DNA of 64,000 bases, from the NCBI GenBank assembly GCA_964234715.1, contig OZ174281.1; one strand, 5' to 3'. Position 1 is the stretch's first letter; every line of letters begins with the position of its first letter. This stretch comes from Podarcis melisellensis. Lineage: Eukaryota. This document shows, in pieces, positions 36,311 through 47,100 of this stretch. Below the pieces are notes generated by a model. It was not told the origin of the DNA. It searched no databases and saw only the letters and a program-made list of their open reading frames with translations. The translations under genes and the position numbers were made by a program.

Positions 36311-36601
36311 TGTATGGCCCTGTGAAGTATCCACTCAGTCACTCACACACACGCCTTACTGGGAAACGAAGTAGTACTCACTCCACACTTAGGTCAGCTA
36401 CACATTGTACTTTCTCACACATGCAATGTGCTAGATACTTCAACCACACTCTACCTCCCAATCTTCCCTTTTCCCTACACCAGATCACCATCTGATGTAC
36501 CCAGCCACCTAGCGTACTCAGTTCCCCTTTACTGAGACGCAGAAGTTTGATCAGGACTTCTCTTCCTCCCAATTAATTGGAGGGCCAAAACCCCTTAGTG
36601 C

Positions 36602-36610
36602 ACTTACCCT
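36602..36610 (-). promoter_or_regulatory. Major splice donor of the provirus
   Basis: AGG|GTAAGT consensus in the leader between PBS and gag. Confidence 0.75.
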
Positions 36611-36787
36611 TAGCTGGTTGCCTGTTTCCCCCGGTCCGTCGCCGCCAGTGAGCAGGGTATCAGACAGACGAGACTTCTGCGTTCCCCCTGGAAAAATTTA
36701 CCAGTGCGCGCTGGGAAGCAGTTTAGAGATCCTCTCTCTTGTACCCTGTCCAATAGGGCGAAGGGGCTGCGTTCCAGCAGACCACTT

Positions 36788-36806
36788 ATCCGAGTCGCAG
36801 GCACCA
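36788..36806 (-). other. Primer-binding site, tRNA-His-like
   Basis: TGGTGCCTGCGACTCGGAT versus the tRNA-His(GTG) complement TGGTGCCGTGACTCGGAT: one extra base and one substitution. Confidence 0.8.
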
Positions 36807-36811
36807 TAAAA

Positions 36812-37962
36812 TGTAGCACCCTGCTTGTGGTTAACGCTTAGCTGGAATGAAATATTCAACGCAGCAACAGAGAAATTAAAATAATAATTTATTTGTCAGA
36901 CAAATAAATGAGAGGCACAGTGGTATATGGTTACCAAGCTCTGGCCTGGCCTCCTGCCATTCTGGCCAGCACTTATATTCCCTTAATCCAGCCCCCTTTG
37001 CTCCTCCTTGGGCTGCCTCTGTTCAATCAGCCTGGTTGGATTTCCTATTGGCTGATTGCTATAACTAATCACAAAAAGATACACCCATATCCTCCTGTCC
37101 TTATAAGGGAGACAAAGAGCTATATATAAATGACAAATAAGTAATAATATATCTTACATGGAATCTTAATTACCAGCTCACCTCTTGCCCTCCTTGCCCT
37201 ATTGCCTTCTAAAACAAATGGTTAATCTTACATTTTTATCTTCAAGGATCTTGAGTTAATCATCATTGAAAGATCTCCTTCATTTGAGGGTCTTTTAAAC
37301 AAATGCCTGACAACTATATATCAGAAGTGTTCGATGGCGTCTCCTGTCTGGCAAGGGGGGCTAGGCTCATTTGCCCCTCTGGTCTCCTATTGCAATATGA
37401 CTCTATGAATCTAGCATTTCTTAAATCCTTTGCATAATTACATTTAAGCCAGCATATTTCATACATAACATATATAGCTTTTTAGAAGGATAAATCTCCT
37501 CAAAGTAAAAGGAAGGAACAGTTTACAGCCTCAAAATAAAAAGTGAAGAAAAAAGTCTCTTCCCCTGTTTACACTCCCCCCCTTCTCCAGCCAGTTGTTT
37601 TCAAAACCATTTGCTCTTGGCCTTTTACCCTGTGGCTCAAGTTTAAGAAAGGCCCATGGTATCATTTTACTATTTGCCCATTCCTAATTGTGTTTTCTCA
37701 GCCTTTTTTATGTTCTGTAACATGCAGGATCAGTGTCCTTGCTCTCAGTCTGTAATTTCCTCTTTTTTTAAACGACTTTGAGAATTGTTTTTCCTGCTAT
37801 AAATCAGGGGGGGGGCCCTTGTTCAGGAGGAAAACATTGCCAAGGTTCCTCTGCCTGGCATGAAACATTTGAAAATCTAAGCCCATTTAATTTAGGAACC
37901 TGATCAAGATATAAGCCAATATAAGTCTTGATTAAAAATGCAGTCTATATTCAGATGCCACA
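36812..37962 (-). repeat. 5' LTR
   Basis: TGTGGCA...GCTACA; CCAAT at ~37047, TATAAG at 36972-36977, AATAAA at 36888-36893. Confidence 0.97.
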
Positions 37963-38693
37963 AAAGGACTAACAGTGCTGAGAGTGCCATTCTAAATGCA
38001 CCTACAAGCCTCATAATTCTAAGTATAGGATTACCATTGCAAATGAGTGACTTGTAGGGAAAACTGGTGGCAATCATTTTAGGCGCATCCAAATGACACA
38101 TGATTGGCAACACGTGGGTGCTTTGGGACCTGGTAGAAGGCAGAATGGGGGGTTGCAGGGAATAGAATGGGGCATAGCAGGGCTGAAATACAATGCTTGG
38201 AGTACAATGTTTACTTACTTTGGTTTTGATCTGAAACAGCAATATTGACATTTTTATTGTGTTTTGTTTACTTCTTAATACATTAATTTAATATCAGTGT
38301 AGTATAGGTGATTATGCCTTTTGGCAAGACAGGTGAGATGTTATGATTTGTTTATTCGTTCATGGAAGATCCTTACATCTCACTTTTTCTCCTATCTGGA
38401 GCATAAAGCATCTAACATCCAATAGATAAACAATTATACAAAATAACACATAACTGAAACCACAAAATTGTACTCTGTCTCAAGTGACAGCTGAGATTTC
38501 AGTGTATAGCACTTAATAATCCAACAGCAATTCAACTAATAAGTGAGGCAATAAAAATATAACCATCAGCTAATAGTGGAACAATAAAATAAATCCCAAA
38601 TAATCAACTAATAACAGAAATAAAAGCACACATTATAATTTACCCTCTGCCTTTCCCTTCCTCAGTAGCAACAGCATTTTACGCTGTTTAATC

Positions 38694-38698
<5 letters not shown>

Positions 38699-38741
<43 letters not shown>
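38699..38741. repeat. (CA)n microsatellite
   Basis: Direct reading. Confidence 0.9.
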
Positions 38742-38743
<2 letters not shown>

Positions 38744-41700
38744 CTTATACAGGATTTAGCAGCTCAACCACTACCATTTCCACAATTGATGTCAATACTG
38801 GTAACTACAGTCTTCTCCACAGTATCACATTTTTTCTCTTCCAGTCACGTCAGGGGTTGCCCTCCCCACTGGAAGCAGTCTACACCTCAATCTCCCACCC
38901 TGGGGTGCCTTTTCTTGACTCTCACTCAATGATCCCTTCAACCCATCAGTCATTTTTAGAGGGGTGCTCCATCCATGTTGCTTCTGAAGCAGTCACTTCC
39001 CTACTTCCCAAAAGCAGTTAATGGGATGCAGCAGAGTCACAACCCCAGCTCCACAGCAGGTGAGACACTGCTGCTTACCAGGAGACGGGAGGCAGCACAA
39101 CACAAACACATCAACAGAGCCAATCTGGCACCTCTGTCAATGTGTTTGCACCACACTGACCTCCCTGTCCCCTCCCACTCTCCCTCCTGTTCTCTCTGTC
39201 TCCTGGAGACAAATGGAAACATCCACTCTCACATTATAGTGTAGTCGCGATGTGCTACTTTGCTTCCATTAGAACAGATTAGAATTTTATTGTGCATTCC
39301 CTCTGTCCACACCTCATACTAAATATGCATTCAGTCTCACACTGGAACTGGTGCAGTAGCAGATACAGTCGTAAACATTCTGCCAACGTATCAATGCTAG
39401 CATAGTAAGCAAATTATTCTTTTCATGCCCAGAAATGGCGTCATCCATTTAAAATGACTAAAACCCTTCTGCATTTGCCAGCTGTGCAGCATATGGTACT
39501 TATTCTTTGACCTGAAGCTTTGAGCATCTCGAGAGAAATTCTGCCAGGTACTATTAACACTGATCTCTTGTGCTGACTCCCCAAGCCATACCTTCATCCT
39601 TACACAAGGTTTATACCTAGAGCTATAATCGCATAATGAGCATAACCTACTAATTGGAGTGAAGAAGAGAGGAGAGAGGGAATAAATTTCCATATTTCTT
39701 TATGTAACTTTGTTGGGATAAACTACGCAATTTTTATAACTTCTTCTTTTGAATTTTTGAACTCATTTGTTCACCCAGGGTTTCCCTGATGGATAAGCCA
39801 GCTATGTTGAATGTCCTAAGCTGATCTACTGATTTGTGACTAATTTTGTTGATTTTATGCTGTTTTATGCACTTTGGTATTTTTGCTTAATATTGATGAC
39901 ATAGAAAAATCTGCAAATAAAATAAATAAATTATAGGTAACCCCTTTTCTACAGATACTGAGTTCCCAGTGCTAGGCCTAGCTATGCTAGGATTTGCATG
40001 TGCACTTTGTTACCTTATGCCCAAATTCCTGTGTCAAAGCAGCAACAGCCATTAACCAGTCTCCATAGATGAGGCCCTGATTCCAGCTTAAAAGTAAGCT
40101 TTGCAGACGTGTGGGCCAAGATACTTTGATCTACATTTTTGGGGTGCCTTCTGAAAGAAGTTCACCTGGCGGTACTCCTTTATGAGTTCAGGAGAATGAG
40201 AAAGCCACACTTTTGCTGCCGGGTGTTTTGCCAGTAATTGGTAGCTGGTGCTGGTTGGCTCTGTAATCTTTTTGGATATAATTAGTAGCAGCTGCTTTAA
40301 ACGTTATTTTTTTTTTAAAAAAAAACTATGTCAGCTGTGATTATGGGTGTTGCAAGCATTTGATCAGAGTGCTTGTAAATGCAAGCACCCTTGACTGAAA
40401 ACTTGAAAGTCAGGGCCAGTCATACTATTAGGCAGAGTGAGGCAACAGATACTGGAGAGCAGCAGCTGTACTTCCTGAGCCCCGGTTCATTCCCTTCTGT
40501 TGACACACAGACTGTTATGCCCCCCAATCTGTCCCACTGCTTTAGATTTGGTGCAGGATCAGATCCCATCACCATGGCCAAGGTAAGATGTAACTGTCAG
40601 GCCAGTTGGCTTCTGTACATGGGATAGGGAAGGGGTGCCACCCCAGAGGGTGGAAAGATCATTTTAAAAAGGAAATAGTTCTAGTAGAACATGTCCAAAA
40701 TAATTCCAGTTCACATTTGACCACTTACAAAACAAACTAATTTGGGGTCACATTCAAATCAGAGTTCCAGTTCATCCAAATGATCCTCAGCAAAGATTTT
40801 TTAAAATTAAGTGTTTTAACCGTATTTTAGTATTTTTCTTAGAATGAAAAGTGAATATTGTCTCCTTTTTATTTATTTCCTCTTCAGCCAAGCAACTTCT
40901 TGCTATATATTCCAAGGAAAAACTTGTTACTTCCTATCACTCATGCAACTACTTTCAAGAAGGAATAAATGCCACATGCCACTTATTTATTAATATTATT
41001 ACTACTACTATTTATTATTTAGTTTAAAATAAAGCTCTTCAGCAAGCAATATGTCTATCATATTTTGGAATAATGTGGAAGGGAAAGCGGCATTTTGGTT
41101 CTATAAGTATTGCACTGATTTCCAATTTGATTTTATTCATGAGGATAATGGGTTTTGATGGTTCAGCTTTTTAAATACAACTGAAGGTTTCACAGAATGA
41201 AGAATGGATCTATTGTGTGCTCTGACACTACTAGTCAAAATACATAACAAAACAAAACAAAAAAAAACTTTTAGTAGGGAGAAGCAATACTTTCAGTCTG
41301 TGTTCCTTTTTTTAAATGCACTCCTTCCTTTATGAATGATTATTATTTGAACTTACTAGTTATTTTCTACACAGCAAAGGTCTCCAAATGACTTACAAAA
41401 ATACAGCAATAAAAACATCAATAAAATAGTGATTTTATGTTGTGGTTTTTCCTACTTGAGGAAGGGGCTGAAATGAAACCCATCATGAAAGTAGTTAAGA
41501 TGTGTGTGCTAATTCTAAAGTGATGTTCTTAAATGAAAAATTTGAAATTGTGCATCCTGTGTGGTTAGAAAATTTCAATGATCTGTCTATAAAGCTAGTT
41601 CAAATGAGCTTCATTTATCCCCCCCCCATCATTTTTAATGGACCCATTGTGCATTGGCTTCATGCCTACAAACACAACTGCCATGAGCAATCTAAGGTGC

Positions 41701-43153
41701 AATTCATCTTTAAGATGGAGAATCCATATTGCAGGCTGACAGTGTTGAATTATGAAAGGCCAGGATGGTATTTGTTCTAGATGTCACAGTTCCCCTGGTG
41801 TTTGAGGTACCAATGAGTTATTCCTTCCACTTTTTCCTGAATGGCCTGGGAAGTAGGGATGAATCCAAAAAAAAATTGGCATGCAGGAATATCCTAGGCA
41901 AAATATATGCAGTCAACCCCAAGATGTCAACTTTGAAGACAGTACAGTTAACCTGTATCCATTCAGGAGAGACAGTTGAGGTGCTATACTGGTTCTTGGA
42001 GGTGGTAATTGCTGGTTGTGTGCCAATAAACTGAATCCTAAAAAAAAGAGGCATTATGTGTTCCAAGTTCTCCAGTATGAGAGGTGGGGAAGGCATTTGT
42101 TATGGGTGTCATTTGGGCCTTGTCCTTGAAAGCTACTGATATTTCAATATGATCGTACCAGAGAAAGAAAATATAGTCAATTGCTTTGGTTCTGCAGATA
42201 TTGATTAAAGGTTCTGAACTTCTGAGTACTACTGTTTATGCCTGAAGCAACAATATGCAGTGGTGGACTTTCAAATTTCAGCAACACCCTGTGCAACGCC
42301 CAAATTCAGAGTCCCCCACCTCTCACCTTCTGTTCTACATCATTGTTCTGGTGCCTCTCAGCACCCAGTATGGGCAAGCTGGTTGCACTCCCCATAATCT
42401 GCCTCTGCAGTCACAGAGAGAAAACTTAATGTTGCCAGGCTATGCAGAGTAAATGGGAAGCCATTTTACCTGATGGGTTTTTCCAGCTCATATTGCAATG
42501 GTAAGAAAATTTTGGTACCTACTGATGCGTCAAGTGTTTACATATGCGTTTTGCTGTATTATCTATCCATAGTGCCATACCTTTTCTGGTGATCTTTGGG
42601 AGCTCTCCTTTATCTAGTTTGTAAGAGTGTATCATTGTGTGTTTGATAAAACTGGCTGGTGTGCATGTTATTGTAATTTACAAGATGCAGAGCAGTGCAC
42701 ATTCTATATTTGGGGGTTCAGTTAATCCCTTAGCACACCAGAAATCTCTCAGTACAGCAAAGGATTTGATAATTGGACAGATGAAGCATGAAGGAATAAG
42801 GCGAAAGTGCAGGAGCCAGATATTCTCATTTAAATCAACCAATCCCAGCACAATTTTTTTTAAAACTTTAGGCCTAGGCCATGTATTGGTGGAGAGAGAG
42901 GTCTTCCTTGCCACCAGTACATTCTTCAAGGTTGCATTCTTAAAATTCCACATGAAACTTGCTAAAATCTTATAAACTTTTTTTAAAAAGTAAGAAGTAT
43001 TGATTCATTAAGTGCTATGTGCTGAATTAAATCAGAATGCAGAAATTGTCATGGCCCATGATCTGGAGACTAGCGTGTGGTGGACTCTAAAGGGGATGCT
43101 TTTCAGGCTATTTCCTTGGGTGCAGAACTATAGGGACCGCATTTGGTGCCCCC

Positions 43154-44117
43154 TGTGACGGCGCGACAGCACTTTTTCACCCTGGTGCCGTTGGGCCGGC
43201 CCTCATTTAAATATAGTGCCACCACCGCACAGTATACCAATTACGTGAATTTCTACAAATTACCCCAGATTATCTAGTGGGGGACTTGTGTGAGGGAAAA
43301 CTTAATGATTTGGAGTCTCAGGTAGGATTTGATCAAATAAACAAGAAAGATTGTATTAAACAAAGGACACTTCAGGTTATAATGTTATTTCAGGTAACCG
43401 TTCACCTAATAATATTTATACTAAATCTAACTGTTGTTATGGACTTCTAATCAAGCACAGTTTCTTTTAAATTTCAGTTGCTTATGTTAAGTTACTTGGC
43501 TTCAGGTAGATGTTACAGGTTTATAGACTAAAGGATAAATGCTCAGCTTATTTCCAGTTATTTCATCTCAGTTCTTTCTCAGTTGTTGTACAGCTGTTGC
43601 CGCTTAATACTTTGATTCTTAACAAGGTGGTATTTTCTTACAGTTACACACCCCTTTGACAACCTTACTCCTGAGGTCCTCCAAGTAACAGACCCAAGGG
43701 ATCACCACACCCCTCTTAACTGGTTTGGGAGTCTTCTCTTTTTGTAGCAGAATCTCTCCCCTTCTAACTGGAATGAGACCTAAGTAGACTGTATCTTTCC
43801 AGCTTCTACTTCTCCTGGCTCAGCCTCAGTCTCCCAGTTAATTCCTGGCCTATTACTCTCACTGGACACCACACACTGTCCTTCACACTAAGCTCAGAGA
43901 CTCCTTTCTGTAGCTTTTGTTACACTCCTCAGAGTGGATGTTTCTACCCAGAACCAACTCTCTCTCCTCTCCCAACATGTCTCCCAACCTCTCCTTTTCA
44001 ACTCCCTCTCCTGGAACCCCAGCCAATCAGAAGCTGAATTTCATTAACCGTTTGCTGGCAGGGAAAAAGAAAAAGAAAACACTTGGTGACCCAACCCACC
44101 CAGCACACCCCGTCACA
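43154..44117 (-). mobile_element. Solo LTR (964 bp) of a different family, Gypsy or ERV
   Basis: Perfect 8-bp terminal inverted repeat TGTGACGG...CCGTCACA, CCCCC on both flanks, no internal genes; strand is tentative. Confidence 0.75.
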
Positions 44118-47100
44118 CCCCCTGGCCTGAAAACACAGCCTTCCACTATCCTCTGACCCATAGGATAATATCCCCACTATATCCCCAGCCATGCAGAAGC
44201 TCCAGATTGCAAAATAAGGTGAGGGCTTTTTAGCCTCTTAGGCAGTTCCTCCAGAGAGGTGGAGCGTCCTACACTGCATGTCTAGACAGTTTCAGATGGC
44301 TCTAGGTCCCTGCAGACCTAGGTTCCCCCCCTGTAGCTGTCTTAGGGGGGAAGAAAGTTGCTGAGCAGAGACCCTCCTAGAGCTGTCCAAGGTGCTGTTC
44401 TCATCTGACTTATTTTTTTCTTAAAATTTCTTTTTCAATTTAATGAAAAACATACAACAAACAATACCCATCTCACTCCCACCCCACAAGAATCTTTCCA
44501 TGCATATACAAAGTAAATGATACAGTCATGCAGGTTTGATTATAGCAGTTAAGGGTCTTCTACACTTTCTTCTTAACAGATTGTCCCAGAGTGAGCCATG
44601 GGTAGCTGGTGGTAAGGGGACAACATTGCCATTTCAGATGTACTAAATAAACACGGACAATACATTTTCAAAATATACTTTGGTCTTTGTGTTTGTCTGA
44701 CTTCTTAACTGGACTCTGCCTCCTTTCTCCGTGAGCTTCAAGTCCAATGGAAATGAACAGAAAGATGAGAAAATACCCACTCCACATTGGACTTTTGAAG
44801 ACTAACTTTATTTAATGGCATGAAAGATATCATTTGTGCTCTATTTGTGTTCTATTTGTTCACATACTCGCCATACTGGGTTGAATAGGTGGAACATGTC
44901 AAGCTAAAACACCCCTTCCCCTGGTCAAACCTGGCCTTCCTAGTTACTCATTTACACCACCCATCCCCTAATGAGAGGGTCTCCTTTGGTCCCCTATAAA
45001 CCTATTTGTTAACCCCTGTCCTTGACACTAGAAATAGCATCAAGCCTGGAATCATATTAGTGATAGCCTTGCCCTCAGTGGAAAGGGCAGGCTCCTTTAT
45101 TTTCTTCTGTTATCCTTATTTCTATTCAGCCCAAGTCTACAGTGGCCCCATGGCAATAAGAAAAAATAGTCAAGATAACTGATTTAAACCAAGCCCAAAC
45201 CACAACAGACAGATTCACTAACTATCAACTCTAGGAGAGCACCATCAACAAAATGAAAATACATCCACCGAGTTAGGCTTCATGATAGACATGATAGTAT
45301 CAGTATAAGAGAATTATAAAACAAATCAATAAATCTGCCAGAAAATAAATACCTTCCTTCCCATAATACAAAGTAAGAAGCTAAGCCAATGAGGGCATGG
45401 ATCCATAAGGATGTGTGTGTCTTGAACTGGGATTCCTGGCAATCAGGATGTGGTGACTAAAACTCTACTACCTCCACATATAAGGGCGCCATCTAACCTA
45501 CAGTACCTCTGCAAGCTGGTGGTGCAAGGGTGTCATCTATGCTGTGCTGGACTAGAGGAGCCTTTGGTCTGATCAAGCAGGTTCTTTTTAATGTTCTTAT
45601 TTTTGCAGTACTGCTAGCAGATGCTATGTTCTAAATGAATACTTTTAGAGGTGTTCCTGGACATTCCAGGGTGTTTTTTTCTTTCTGTAACATAAAAGAC
45701 TGCTCTGACTGCAAACTCTCAAACATGAAAGATACCCAGGAAAGCTAGTCTCTGACGATCTTAGTTTCTAGTAATGGGATTTGAGAAGTTTCTGAAAGCA
45801 GTCTTTCTTTCATTTATCACCAATGGGCCAAGAGGGGAAAAGAAACTGAGTTTTTATGAAATGTCTTGTGAATTACTGACCTAGAAAGACAGTCCTGAAA
45901 ATCTTTTCTGTGAAAAACATGTCCAGAAAGTGATTGCATTCATCTCCTTCCATCTCTCTGCTGGATTATTGGATTGGACAAGAAAGGCAGTGTCCAATTA
46001 AAAAACAGGGCATTCAAAGAAAGACTCCACATTGCTAGGACTAAACCCAGAATACTTTGCAGAAGACACAATAAAAAAGAGAAAACAAATTCACATGGAA
46101 AAATTGTCTATTAATATTACTGAGCTCTAAATTCCTGTTCAAGAAGAAAATATGTTATTATTTATTTTATTTTATCTATTTTGTATTGAACAAGTAACCA
46201 GTTCAATAAAGATAAAAATCAGAAAAAACTATAAAATTAGAATTCAATGCCTGCTGGAAATGAAAAGTCCTCAGTAGGTGCCACACATTCAGCAGGAAGA
46301 AGGCCTATCTAACCTCAACTGGAAGGGATTTCCATAAAATGGGGCTCATAGTACTAGATGCTGGAGGATACAAACCATGCATCTAAGCCAAAGGAGATGA
46401 TTAACAGTGATTCCCCGAAAGACCTCAGTTATTTTGGGCAGCGAATTGAGGAATCATGTGGTCCTTGAGGAATCCTGGACCCAAGTTCTTAAGACCTTGT
46501 AAATTAACACAATAACCTCGAACGTCACCTGCTAGCATATGGTTGAAACAAATGACTGATCTGGATGTTAGGAATAAAATAATTACATCTGAAAATTTAG
46601 TTCTTTGAATCTTTATCAGTGTGTGCAGATTTGGTTATTCTGGAGCCATTGTATAGTATATTGTTTAAAGTAACTAACAGAATTTACTGAATTTGAGTGA
46701 ATTGTGTTCTCTTTAGGAATAGGGATGTTGGAGGAATTCATTCTTTGTGTATTCTGATATTGGTCTTGCGGGCACATCCTACCTGTACCTGGTTGTCTGA
46801 TGCTGCCAGATGTGGTTGGCTCCAGCTGACTGCTCCAGCGGCACTGAAAATGGCGGCCTCCCCAGACCCACCACAGTCATGGCAAGGACTGCCCACCCAG
46901 AGCTCCAGGTGAGTGGATATTCTCTTTGTAGTCTGATATGAACCAACATTGATAGATTTTTTTTTAATGAATACTGATACAAGCAAAGTAGTTTACAACA
47001 ATTGTACATCAAACCTCCGGAATGTTCCAACATCTTTCTTGGGTCAAAAACATATACAGTACAAATGTCTTTTAAGATGTGTATTTTGAGGTGGGAGGGG

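Larger units (their letters stand above)
30997..37962 (-). mobile_element. Defective class I (gamma-like) endogenous retrovirus provirus
   Basis: Two 1151-bp TG...CA LTRs offset by 5815 bp, TSD AAAG (30993-30996 and 37963-37966), PBS, PPT, gag, IN and env remnants. Confidence 0.97.

Noticed and set aside
35998-36495. 165-aa plus-strand ORF over gag, and a 140-aa one over env at 33235-33657, as antisense viral genes
   Set aside because: Most simply shadow frames of coding sequence; the gag one starts at a non-ATG codon and neither has supporting motifs.
41500-43000. Cluster of ~90-110 aa ORFs as a non-retroviral endogenous viral element
   Set aside because: No viral motif recognised in the frames examined, and part of the region looks like a repeat fragment.
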